Shown one piece after another: positions 29,325 through 40,088 of a stretch of DNA of 64,000 bases (within the stretch, counting starts at the first letter, position 1; the number at the start of each line of letters is the position of its first letter). Source of the DNA: Longimicrobiales bacterium (GTDB lineage Bacteria > Gemmatimonadota > Gemmatimonadetes > Longimicrobiales > Gaopeijiaceae). The stretch lies in contig CBDFIQ010000002.1 in the NCBI GenBank assembly GCA_965248195.1, forward strand, positions 3,072,001 to 3,136,000. The letters run 5' to 3'. The position numbers and the translations under genes were made by a program. The notes below the pieces were generated by a model that made no database searches, was not told the DNA's origin, and worked only from the letters and a program-made list of their open reading frames with translations.

Positions 29325-30781
29325 TGAAGCTGTCCCAACCGTAGTTGAAGGTTCCTGATAGGGGAGAAAGAAAAGTGGTGGCTCCGGGGGTCCCGGGCCG
29401 ATAGGCTCGGGTAGGCAAAAACCCCAACACGGAGCCACCACGATGAAGAGAACGTACGAGGTAAGGGATCGGGCGGACAAGCGCGCGATCAGGGAGTTCC
29501 TGAAGCGGGAGGGGCAGTTTCTGCTTCCGATGCTTGAGCTCGTGGAGCAGACGGAGGTCGCGATCGACGAAGTCATCCAGGTGATGGGACGAGCGACGAT
29601 CGAAGCGGTGCTGGAGATGAGCGCCGAGGGTGTGGCAGGCGTGAAGCAGGCAGGTCGGTCACGAGCGGAAGACGACACGGTGTGGTATGGCCGGCAGGGT
29701 GGTGTGGTTTACCTGTCGGACCGGAAGGTGCGTGTGGAGCGGCCACGGCTCAGGCGCCGGGGCGCCGGGGAGGGTGGCGAGGTCGAGGTGCCGGCGTACG
29801 CAGCGATGCGGAGACCGGGCGCCGTGGCGGATCGGATGCTCGAGGTCCTGATGGCGGGGGTGAGCACGCGGAAGTACGGCCGTGTGATCGGTGAGATGGC
29901 CGACACGGTCGGGGTGAGCAAGTCGGCGGTGAGCCGTGAGACGGTCGAGGCCTCGGAGCGCGTGCTGAAGGAGCTGATGGAGCGCCGGCTGGATGCGTGG
30001 GACCTCCTGGTGATCTACCTGGACGGGATCCAGATGGGCTCGCACCACGTGCTTGCTGCGGTAGGCGTGGACTCAGACGGAAAGAAGCACGTGCTGGGCG
30101 TGAGGGAAGGAGCGAGTGAGAACGCCGAGGTGACCAGCGCGCTCCTAGAGGATCTGGTCGAGCGCGGCCTGGACCCGGGCAGGCGGCGGCTGTTCGTGAT
30201 CGATGGCTCGAAAGCGCTCAGGAAGGCGATCGAGAAGGTGTTCGGCCAACGTCACCCCATCCAGCGCTGCCGCAACCACAAGCTCCGCAACGTGCTGGGT
30301 CATCTGCCGAAGGATCAGCATCCTCAGGTGAAGGCGGCGTTCCGGGCGGCGATGAAGCTGGACGCGAAGCAGGGCGAGCAGAAGCTCGAGCAGCTCGCCC
30401 GATGGCTCGAGCGCGACCACCCCTCGGCCTCGGCCAGCCTACGCGAAGGCCTCAGCGAGATGTTCACGATCAACCGGCTCGGCCTCCCGCCGCGGCTGAG
30501 GAAGTGCCTGGGCTCGACCAACCTGATCGACAGCACCCACTCGGGCGTAAGACAGAAGACCCGCAGGGTGACCAACTGGAAGAACGGAGCGATGGCCTTG
30601 CGCTGGGCTGCGGCCTCGTTCGTGGAGACCGAGAAGAGCTACCGGAGGATCATCGGCTACGACCAGCTCTGGATGCTCAGGGCCCACCTCGACGACCATG
30701 AACCGGTTGCCGAAATGAGAAAGGCAGGCTAACAAGGAGACTCTCCGGAGCCACCACCTTCAACTGTCAGCGGGACACCAT
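29325..30781 (+). mobile_element. IS256-family element A
   Basis: 8-bp target duplication CCGCATTC (29317-29324 and 30782-30789); terminal IRs TGTCCC-N6-AGTTGAAGGT. Ends uncertain by 1 nt. Confidence 0.93.
29443..30732 (+). CDS. IS256-family (Mutator) transposase
   Basis: GVSTRK, YLDG, VIDG, QRCRNHK and STNLIDS motifs. Confidence 0.95.
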   Translation: MKRTYEVRDRADKRAIREFLKREGQFLLPMLELVEQTEVAIDEVIQVMGRATIEAVLEMSAEGVAGVKQAGRSRAEDDTVWYGRQGGVVYLSDRKVRVERPRLRRRGAGEGGEVEVPAYAAMRRPGAVADRMLEVLMAGVSTRKYGRVIGEMADTVGVSKSAVSRETVEASERVLKELMERRLDAWDLLVIYLDGIQMGSHHVLAAVGVDSDGKKHVLGVREGASENAEVTSALLEDLVERGLDPGRRRLFVIDGSKALRKAIEKVFGQRHPIQRCRNHKLRNVLGHLPKDQHPQVKAAFRAAMKLDAKQGEQKLEQLARWLERDHPSASASLREGLSEMFTINRLGLPPRLRKCLGSTNLIDSTHSGVRQKTRRVTNWKNGAMALRWAAASFVETEKSYRRIIGYDQLWMLRAHLDDHEPVAEMRKAG

Positions 30782-31069
30782 CCGCATTCGTCGCGGGACT
30801 GACATTTGGCAATACTCTGAAGCAAAAGTGCCTGTTCCTCTATGAGTTTGCCGAAGAGGAGGGTCAGATCCTGATTCTGCTTACGTTCACAGCCTTTGGC
30901 GCGGCCATGATCCCGCAAGCGATAGGCGCGGTGACGATCAATCACATTTTATTCGCTATCCTTGCGTTGACCGTATTGCGCATGTTGCCAATTCACCTGT
31001 CTCTGTTCGGTACAGGTATCAAACCGGTAACGTCTGCTTTCCTTGGTTGGTTCGGTCCGCGCGGGCTAG

Positions 31070-32445
31070 GGTCAAGTCCCGATTTGTGTGTAAAAGCGGA
31101 GGAAGCTCCTCGCCTTCGGCTAGGCTGCTTGGGCGACCTCCTGTTTCTGGAGGAGTGAGAGGTCGAGGTAACGCCGGTCGCCCCAGACGTGTGTGGTCCT
31201 GAGTGCGACGGCCGTGATGAGCCTGAGGGCGCTGGCCCGGTCCGGGAAGGCGCCGGCGGCCTTGATCCTGCGTTTGATCTCGCCGTGCAGCCGCTCGAGG
31301 CTGTTGGTGGTACGCAGCCGGGGCCAGTGCGCCTCGGGGAACGCGTAGAACTGCGTCGCTGCCCCGAAGCCCCGCTCCAGGACCTCCACGGCCTCGGGCA
31401 GCTCCTTCTTCCAGCGTGCGCCGAACTCGCCCAGGAGCTTCTTCGCCTCGGCGAGTCCGGATGTCTGGAAGATCACCGAGACCTCACGCGCCACGCGCTT
31501 GCGTAGGCGGTGGGGGACCCTCGCCCCCACATTACGCTGCAGATGGACCGTACACCTCTGACGGCGTGCCTCGGGCAGGAAGCGGCGGACCGCAGCTGCC
31601 AGGCCTGCGTGCTCATCGGCGATCACGAGCTCGACACCGCCGAGGCCGCGGTCCTGGAGTTGCTCGAGGAGCTCCGACCAGCTCTGCTGCGACTCCTCAG
31701 CGCCCAGCGTGACGGCCAGGAGCCGTCGGTGACCCTCAGGGCCCACTGCATACGCCACGAGCGCACTCACGTTCTCGACTTTGCGGGCCCAGCGGGCGTC
31801 CAAGAACGTGGCGTCCAGGTACAGATAGGGGTGAGGCCCCTCGATCGGCGCACGGCGCAGCCCTTCCACGGCCTCGTCGAGCCGTTTTGCCACACGACTC
31901 ACCGTCGAGCGCCCAACACGCTCGCCCATCAGCGCCTCGGTGACGTCGCCCATCTTGCGCTGTGACACGCCGCTCACATACGCCTCGACCATCATCTCGT
32001 CGAGCTCGGGGCTCCTGCGCTGGTAGCGGCCGATCACGTCGGCCGGCGAACCGTTGTCCCGGCTCCGGGGCATGGCGACCTCGATCTGCCCCAGGCTCGT
32101 CAGCAGCCGCCTCAGGTATGTGCCGTTCCTATGGTCCTTCCGGCTTCCCACCCGCTCGAAGCGGCGTGCACCTACCATGGCCTTCAGCTCCTCTTCCAGC
32201 ACCATCTCGAGCGTCAGCCGGATCGCGCCTTGAAACAGCTCGCGCAAATCATCGCGTAGCTCGTCTTGCGTGGCCCGACCGATCTCCACAATCTCTTGCA
32301 TCGGAAGCTCCTCTCCGGTTCCGAGCCTGCTCTGCAGACCCGGACTCCCGGGTTCATGTGACAGTGAACAACAACAGAGGAGCTTCCGTTTTTCTTTCCC
32401 TCCTGTCCAGCTTATCCGCTTTTACACAAATCTAGGGACACTACC
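31070..32445 (-). mobile_element. IS256-family element B
   Basis: 8-bp target duplication CGGGCTAG (31062-31069 and 32446-32453); about 31-bp imperfect IRs GGT-N3-GTCCC...TGTGTAAAAGCGGA. Confidence 0.95.
31120..32301 (-). CDS. IS256-family transposase
   Basis: RNG, GVSQRK, YLDA, IADEH, QRCTVH and TTNSLERLHGE motifs. Confidence 0.95.
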   Translation of the reverse strand: MQEIVEIGRATQDELRDDLRELFQGAIRLTLEMVLEEELKAMVGARRFERVGSRKDHRNGTYLRRLLTSLGQIEVAMPRSRDNGSPADVIGRYQRRSPELDEMMVEAYVSGVSQRKMGDVTEALMGERVGRSTVSRVAKRLDEAVEGLRRAPIEGPHPYLYLDATFLDARWARKVENVSALVAYAVGPEGHRRLLAVTLGAEESQQSWSELLEQLQDRGLGGVELVIADEHAGLAAAVRRFLPEARRQRCTVHLQRNVGARVPHRLRKRVAREVSVIFQTSGLAEAKKLLGEFGARWKKELPEAVEVLERGFGAATQFYAFPEAHWPRLRTTNSLERLHGEIKRRIKAAGAFPDRASALRLITAVALRTTHVWGDRRYLDLSLLQKQEVAQAA

Positions 32446-32690
32446 CGGGCTAGCTTCCATCCTGTTTGTTCTGTTGATCCTCGAGGAAGCGGAGCTGGCG
32501 AACGAAAGTAGCCTGTTCGCCATCGTGACTGTAACGGTGACGCTGAGCGTCGCGTTGCATGGCATGACCGCGGGACCCGCTGCCCGCTGGTACGGATTGA
32601 TGACGCAACGGTTTGGCGATTGTGAAGAGAACCGACCGGTGAGTGACGAGCCCTTCGTCGGAACGCCCACATAACGATAGGGGAGCGGAA

Positions 32691-33440
32691 ATGGCAACGT
32701 TGAACGAGAAGCAGCTGGAAATGTGCTCGACCAGCACATGGGACTTTTCGGATCTGAGTGCCGTGTTCATCAACTGTACGCTGAAGCGCTCACCAGAACT
32801 CTCGCATACGCAGGGGCTGATCGATATGTCCGCGGCTATCCTCGAGAAAAACGGCGTGTCCGTAGACGTGGTGCGTGCGGTGGATCACGACATTGCCTAC
32901 GGCGTCTGGCCGGATATGACCGAGCATGGCTGGGAAAACGATGCATGGCCCAGCATTCTCGAGAAGGTGATGAAGTCGGACATCCTCGTCCTCGCGTCGT
33001 CCATCTGGCTGGGCGAGAAAACATCCGTGTGTACAAAGGTGATTGAACGACTGTACGCGGCATCCGGGCAGCTCAACAGCGACGGGCAGTACGCCTACTA
33101 CGGTCGGGTCGGTGGCTGTCTGATCACAGGCAACGAGGATGGTGCCAAACATTGTTCGATGAATATTCTGTACTCACTGCAACATCTCGGCTACGTCATC
33201 CCACCCCAGGCCGATGCGGCCTGGCTCGGTGAAGCAGGCCCCGGACCTTCGTATCTCGACCCTGGATCAGGCGGTCCGGAAAACGATTTCACCATTCGCA
33301 ACACGACTTTCATGACATGGAATCTGCTGCACCTGGCGCGCATGATCAAAGACGTCGGCGGGATTCCAGCCCATGGCAATCAGCGCGCGGCGTGGGACGC
33401 AGGTTGCAGGCCTGATTTTGTTAATCCGGACTATCGTTAG
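32691..33440 (+). CDS. Flavodoxin family protein (NADPH-dependent FMN reductase-like)
   Basis: INCTLKRSPELSHT, SIWLG and ITGNEDG motifs. ATG 32691 has a GGGAG RBS. Confidence 0.9.
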   Translation: MATLNEKQLEMCSTSTWDFSDLSAVFINCTLKRSPELSHTQGLIDMSAAILEKNGVSVDVVRAVDHDIAYGVWPDMTEHGWENDAWPSILEKVMKSDILVLASSIWLGEKTSVCTKVIERLYAASGQLNSDGQYAYYGRVGGCLITGNEDGAKHCSMNILYSLQHLGYVIPPQADAAWLGEAGPGPSYLDPGSGGPENDFTIRNTTFMTWNLLHLARMIKDVGGIPAHGNQRAAWDAGCRPDFVNPDYR

Positions 33441-33498
33441 GGGCGTGGGGGGCAGTCATGGCGATCTAGGTGACACACTAGATGACAAAGGAGAACGC

Positions 33499-33756
33499 AT
33501 GAACCAGCAACCTCAACTTTCAGAACTGGCGGCCGCCTTGAAGGCTGCAGGTTCTGCGCATCACGAATATGAACAAACGGTCCTCAACGGCGTCTTCGAT
33601 GAGCAATGGCCGATGTTCTATGCAGCCTTTTTGCTCGGGCGAATAGGCGACTTTACGACCCCGAGCGCCCTTACATCCTGGCTAGTGGAAGTCCCCACAG
33701 ATGGCGTCTGGGCGGACGTGGCCGCAAAATACGTCATCGATAAACTGTTGCAGTAG
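33499..33756 (+). CDS. Small hypothetical protein (85 aa)
   Basis: AAGGAG RBS; AHHEYE...DEQWPMFYA motif. Confidence 0.7.
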   Translation: MNQQPQLSELAAALKAAGSAHHEYEQTVLNGVFDEQWPMFYAAFLLGRIGDFTTPSALTSWLVEVPTDGVWADVAAKYVIDKLLQ

Positions 33757-33778
33757 AACCAGCGGACAGCAAACGAAA

Positions 33779-36700
33779 CTAGCGCTGCCTGGGATCGAAA
33801 TCCTCAACCACGAAGACGTCCGATTGCGACGCGCGGACAGCCGCGACGATCCTGGCGCCGCCGTCATCGACGCTAGCGAACGTGACGTCGCCCGGTAGCG
33901 TGAAAAGCGCCTCACGATCGCCGCCGGTCGCCGGGACTCGGCCGACAAAGCTGCCGAATGGAAAACCCTGGATGACGTAGATCCACCGTCCGTCGGAAGA
34001 CCATCCGATGGGACTGAGCGGTTCTTCGTTCACCATGCGTTCCGAGTAAGGTTCCCGAGTGATCAACCAAAGCGCGGGTTGTGGGGGTCGGTTCCAGGTA
34101 ATGGCCACCCGCGTGCCGTCGGGGGAATATTCAGGATAGAAATTCCAGCCTCGGCCCTCGTCTCGCAGGAGAGGACGTTGTTCTCCCGTCGCTACATCCA
34201 GATAGGAAAAATTCCGATTACCCGGTCTTTGGTACAACGGTCTATCACCGGGTGACCAGACGACTCTCATCTCGTCGGCGCTTACTTCGGCTTGGGGAAA
34301 CTCCTGCGGCTGCGTGCCATCCGACCGCATCACCCACACACTGGCGCTTTCAGCGTCCCGCGCCGTGAATGCGATGGAGCTTCCGTCGGGCGCCCAGGCG
34401 GGACTGGTCTGGTAGTCGTCGGAGAACGTGAGCTGAACGGGGTCGCCGCCTGTGAGGGGCATCTTGAAGATATTAGCGCCGCCACTCGTCTGGGCGGAGT
34501 AGGCGATCCAGCGCCCGTCAGGCGAGATAGAGGGCCCTTCGATCAGTGCGGTGCCGCTCGTAAGCTGGCGTGTTTGAGGAAGTTGGTCCGACGCGTCGCC
34601 CGCAAGTTCAGCCAGCCAGAGATTGGAGTACACGAGACGCGTGCTGTAGACGAGGGTCCGGCCGTCCGCTGTCAAGTTGAAGGTGCTGTTGGCCGTTCGG
34701 GTGGCCTGCAGGCCACTGAGAACGACCGCGGGTTCACCCCAGGTGTCTCCGTCTGAAGTGAGATCGACCCGGAGGAGCTCAGCTAGATTGTTCTTGTGGC
34801 GGAGGAAATAGATCGCGTCGCCGCCGGGTGCCCAACGTGGAGATGACATGGGATCGGGGAGGGCGATCACTGACCTTCGGTCGTTGCCACTCGGATCGAC
34901 GGTGAAAAGCTCGTAAAGGCCGGAGGCAGTGGCGGTCAACATGGCCAGCCTGTCGCCGTTGGGAGACCAGCTGATCCCCGCGTTGAAGTCGTATCCATCG
35001 AGAGCCGTGAAGTCGGTTTCTCCGGTGCTTTCGGAGAAAACCGAGAAGCCCGTGGGCGCTTCCAGGGCGAAGGCGATCTGCGATCCGTCGGGCGACCACG
35101 TCGTGAAGGCTCCCGGACCGAGCCGACGGGGGTCGCCGCCCAACCGCGGAATCCGATACACGCGCGCCGGGGACGGCTGGTCTCTTAAGGCAGAAACCGT
35201 GAGAGCCGAGCCATCAGGAGACCATGCGGGCAACAACACCAGGCTCGCGTTGAAGATCTCTATGGCCTGTCCGCCGGCCAGATCCGCTAGCATCAGTCGT
35301 TGATGCTCCCCCGCACGCCCCGTTACGTAGACCACCGACGTGCCATCGGGCGAGATCGCCGCGTCGCTTGCATCACCCGCGAAGGTGATTTGCCGATGCA
35401 TCGGTGCCGACACCGGCCCGGTCTCGGCCGGCCCGGCGAACCTCAGGACGCCGAGCGTAACGGCTGCAGCGGTCGCCATTAGGCCGATCGTGGCACCGAC
35501 GTATCCGACACGCCTGATAGCGGTGCGGCCGCGAAAGCGGTCAGCGGTGGCGGTGGTCGGCCTTGGCTGGGGTGCCAGCCTCTGCGGCGGCTCCGAACGC
35601 GCCGTGAGAGCCTCGGTGAACGCGACAGCGGACGCGAAACGATCGGCCGGTGTCTTCTTGAGAGCCCGGTGGATCGCGGCTTCCATCGAGGCCGGCACGG
35701 TATCGCGGAGCACCGACACGGGGGTCGGCTCCTCGGTAAGGATCTTGGCCATGATCGCCTGCGCCGTTGAGCCGAGATGCGGGGGGTCCCCCACCAGCAT
35801 CTCGTACAACACGCACCCCAGCGAGTAGATGTCACTCTCCGGGCTCAACTGTCGGTCGGCGCTCGCTTGTTCGGGACTCATGTACTCCGGGGTTCCGAGT
35901 GACAATCCGGTTTCCGTCAAACGGTCGCCGCCGGCCGCGCTCACCGCCAGCGCGATCCCGAAGTCAGCCACGACCGCTTGTCCATCCTGGAGTAGGATAT
36001 TCTCCGGCTTGATGTCCCGGTGCAGCACCCCGTGGCGGTGGGCGTAGTCCAGCGCTTCACTTACCTGCGTGGCAATACGGAGTGCCTCGTCCAGCCCCAG
36101 CTGTTTCCTGGCATCGAGGTGTTGGCGAAGGGTCTCACCGTCTACGAACGGCATCACGTAGAAGAGGAATCCGTCGGCCTCACCGGAATCGTGGAGCCCG
36201 AGGATGTGTGGATGCTGGAGGTTCGCCGTCGTCTTGATCTCGGTCAGGAAACGGTCGGCGCCTACCACCGCCGAGAGCTCCGGCCTGAGCACCTTCAGGG
36301 CGACCTTTCGATCGTGCCGGAGATCGACGGCCAGGTACACCACGGCCATGCCGCCCTGGCCTAGCTCACCCTCCACGCGGTAGCGGCCCGCAAGAGCCGT
36401 GTTCAGGCGTACGGAGGCATCCGATCGGGAGGCGGGCTCACTTTGAATCTTTGTAAGAACGTCACCGCGAGTCGGGACGGCGATCTCGTCCGAGACGATC
36501 GCGTAGACCGCCAACGGCTCGTCGACGTTCTTTAGCTCGAAGTCACCGAGCGGAGTCGTCGAGATGTCATGCTGGTTCTTGATCTCGTCATGAGCCTTCG
36601 CAGAGACCAGGATGCTGCCGGCCGTCCCCAGTGATTGGATTCGAGAGGCGATGTTTACACTGTCACCGTAAGGGCCCTGGGTGTCATAGGTGATGTCACC

Positions 36701-37000
36701 CTGATGGATGCCGATCCGTAACGGGACGACGGGATCCTGGCGGAGAGCGTGTTGAACCTCTATAGCGGCGCGTACCGCATCGACGACACTCGGGAACGTG
36801 GTGAAGCTTCCATCGCCCAAGTACTGAAGCAGATCACCCCCGTGCGCCGGAACAGCCGTATCGAGCGCCTGCCGGTGGCGGCGTCGGACGATCCGGGCCT
36901 CCTCCTCGTCGCGCTGCATCAATGCCGTGTAGCCCACAACATCGGTGAACATCACGGCGAGAAGGCGACGGTCCTGGAAGCTAGTCATCGGGGGCGGCAT
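33779..37000 (-). CDS. Fusion of class III nucleotide cyclase, Ser/Thr kinase, TM helix and TolB/PD40 beta-propellers
   Basis: Cyclase motifs MFTDVVGY, GDG, RIGIH and GDSVNIASR; kinase motifs VALK, HRDIKPEN and DFG; repeated WSPDG. Confidence 0.92.
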   Translation of the reverse strand: MPPPMTSFQDRRLLAVMFTDVVGYTALMQRDEEEARIVRRRHRQALDTAVPAHGGDLLQYLGDGSFTTFPSVVDAVRAAIEVQHALRQDPVVPLRIGIHQGDITYDTQGPYGDSVNIASRIQSLGTAGSILVSAKAHDEIKNQHDISTTPLGDFELKNVDEPLAVYAIVSDEIAVPTRGDVLTKIQSEPASRSDASVRLNTALAGRYRVEGELGQGGMAVVYLAVDLRHDRKVALKVLRPELSAVVGADRFLTEIKTTANLQHPHILGLHDSGEADGFLFYVMPFVDGETLRQHLDARKQLGLDEALRIATQVSEALDYAHRHGVLHRDIKPENILLQDGQAVVADFGIALAVSAAGGDRLTETGLSLGTPEYMSPEQASADRQLSPESDIYSLGCVLYEMLVGDPPHLGSTAQAIMAKILTEEPTPVSVLRDTVPASMEAAIHRALKKTPADRFASAVAFTEALTARSEPPQRLAPQPRPTTATADRFRGRTAIRRVGYVGATIGLMATAAAVTLGVLRFAGPAETGPVSAPMHRQITFAGDASDAAISPDGTSVVYVTGRAGEHQRLMLADLAGGQAIEIFNASLVLLPAWSPDGSALTVSALRDQPSPARVYRIPRLGGDPRRLGPGAFTTWSPDGSQIAFALEAPTGFSVFSESTGETDFTALDGYDFNAGISWSPNGDRLAMLTATASGLYELFTVDPSGNDRRSVIALPDPMSSPRWAPGGDAIYFLRHKNNLAELLRVDLTSDGDTWGEPAVVLSGLQATRTANSTFNLTADGRTLVYSTRLVYSNLWLAELAGDASDQLPQTRQLTSGTALIEGPSISPDGRWIAYSAQTSGGANIFKMPLTGGDPVQLTFSDDYQTSPAWAPDGSSIAFTARDAESASVWVMRSDGTQPQEFPQAEVSADEMRVVWSPGDRPLYQRPGNRNFSYLDVATGEQRPLLRDEGRGWNFYPEYSPDGTRVAITWNRPPQPALWLITREPYSERMVNEEPLSPIGWSSDGRWIYVIQGFPFGSFVGRVPATGGDREALFTLPGDVTFASVDDGGARIVAAVRASQSDVFVVEDFDPRQR

Positions 37001-37080
37001 CGGACACGGAGTGGTCCCCGGCAGCGGAGGATCAGATTGAGGTCAAAAACCTACGTACCAGTAGGGGGCGCAAGCGAGTG

Positions 37081-37406
37081 TTAATCAGATTCATTCAGAC
37101 CCGCAACACTGAACACGACATGGAACGGCTTACAGCAGATGACGACACTCATCTGCGCCACCAGGTCCACGCTAGCAGGGACGTCGTAGTTCTGGTTTCC
37201 GACGTTGCCCTTGAGCCTGCCCAGTTCCACGTAGCCCTGGGCGTCCAGCTCGCCCCTGGTTGAAGGGTCAGGGTGGCCGGCCAGCAGGACGCGCAGATCT
37301 GGTCCGTTGGTAACCGTGAAATCCTCCAGTCGGAGTAACTGAGAGCCATCCTTCAGGTGGTAGATCGATGCCCGCCCGTTTCCCCGGTGAAACGAGTCGG
37401 CGTCCC
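37081..37406 (-). pseudogene. DM13-domain protein, 5'-truncated fragment
   Basis: RDADSFH.G.G, LRLEDFTVTNGPDL and LGRLKGNVGNQNY motifs. No native start; abuts the P460 fragment. Confidence 0.8.
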
Positions 37407-37569
37407 GACCCAAGAGGACAGCGACAGCGGCCGCGGCTGGTTTTGGTACGAGGCCACCAGCACCGAGCCAGGTGCCAACCCGTTCATGTCCGGCAACGGG
37501 ATACCGCTTTGCGCGGGATGTCACTCGAGGGGCAGCGACTATCTCCTCACAAGGTGGCCGCTTAGATAG
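37407..37569 (+). pseudogene. Orphan 163-bp copy of the 3' end of the cytochrome P460 gene
   Basis: Aligns without gaps to 41673..41835 with about 10 mismatches; retains CAGCH and the stop codon. Confidence 0.9.
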
Positions 37570-37631
37570 AAAGCGGGGTCAGGGATCGAGTCCGGTTACA
37601 GGCTTCGCTCTACCCCTCCGGCGACCCCAGG

Positions 37632-39212
<1,581 letters not shown>

Positions 39213-39331
39213 GGTTGCCTCCACTTCGTCCAGAAGATGCACTGAACAAAGAAGATACAGGCTGGATTGGAAGCGGTCCAACACGGAGCCGACGGCGGCC
39301 TTCCACCCAGTGGATGGGACGAGCCGGAGAG

Positions 39332-39685
39332 TCAGGTAGTTTCCCCGACCCGTTCCACGAGCAGCGATACCGCCTTCTCTGCCAATGTCTTCCTAGGGAT
39401 CGTCCCCAGGACCTGTTCCACCAAGTGGCCTCGCCAGAAGAAGAGTAGCGCGGGCACTGACTCGACGCCGTAGCGGGTCTTGATCCGGGACGCCCGGTCG
39501 ATGTCGACCAGGACCACCTTCAGTTGGCCCTCCAGTTCTCGTGCGATGGCCTCCACGACCGGAGCCATGACGTGGCAGGTGCCACTCCAATCTGCCCAAA
39601 AGCCGACGAGCACCAGGCCGTCACTGGCCAGTACCACGGTCTCGAAATCACGCTCGTGCAGGATTACGGGGAGTCGCTCTGACAT
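39332..39685 (-). CDS. Thioredoxin-fold protein with SxxC active site
   Basis: [18 protein letters not shown] and YGVESVPAL motifs. Start ATG 39685. Confidence 0.8.
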   Translation of the reverse strand: MSERLPVILHERDFETVVLASDGLVLVGFWADWSGTCHVMAPVVEAIARELEGQLKVVLVDIDRASRIKTRYGVESVPALLFFWRGHLVEQVLGTIPRKTLAEKAVSLLVERVGETT

Positions 39686-39856
39686 TTGATCTCTGGTGCG
39701 AGGGTGGCCCGGTGATCGATAAGGCACGTGGGCAATCCCCATGCCAAGAACACGAGGGCCGTGGAGCGTGTGCCGAAAGACGGGAACGCGGGCCACCAGA
39801 GCGCAGCACAGCTGGAATGGCGCCAGGGCGTGCGGGGCGCCGGCGCCGAGTGAGGG

Positions 39857-39890
39857 CACGGTATACCGTGGCGTCCACGGTGGGCCGTGG
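39857..39890. promoter_or_regulatory. Tandem palindromic operator (candidate upstream activator sequence), CACGG-N4-CCGTG x2
   Basis: CACGGTATACCGTG at 39857-39870 and CCACGGTGGGCCGTGG at 39875-39890, about 100 bp upstream of the -24 box. Confidence 0.65.
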
Positions 39891-39991
39891 CCCGCTCTTG
39901 CCGCGTCGGGGTGGGTCCGTGCAGCCCATCCAAACCCGTAAGCCGTTGGTCTTCATGTGGTTAGATCGTCTGTGACCGGCTGCTAGACCTC

Positions 39992-40006
39992 TGGCACACA
40001 ACTTGT
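39992..40006 (+). promoter_or_regulatory. Sigma54 -24/-12 promoter
   Basis: TGGCAC-ACAAC-TTGT versus consensus TGGCAC-N5-TTGC; divergent activator gene nearby. Confidence 0.7.
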
Positions 40007-40088
40007 CTTAGCAGTTGTTCAGTGCGGCATCGAGCCGCTCCACCAACCCATTGTCGGCCGAAACGGTCGACAGAAAGGGAGGCACAAC

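Larger units (their letters stand above)
28566..32674 (+). pseudogene. NhaP-type cation:proton antiporter split into three pieces by two IS256 elements
   Basis: LAPTDAALG, ESGLNDG and WFGPRGLAS motifs. Pieces 28566-29324, 30790-31069 and 32454-32674 total 1260 nt and rejoin in frame (419 aa). Confidence 0.92.

Noticed and set aside
29325..29327. TGA ending the antiporter N-terminal ORF as selenocysteine or read-through
   Set aside because: The TGA is created by the IS256 insertion junction.
37081..37524. The 147-aa ORF as an intact DM13 gene
   Set aside because: Its first ~39 codons are the antisense of the duplicated P460 tail, so it is a chimera.
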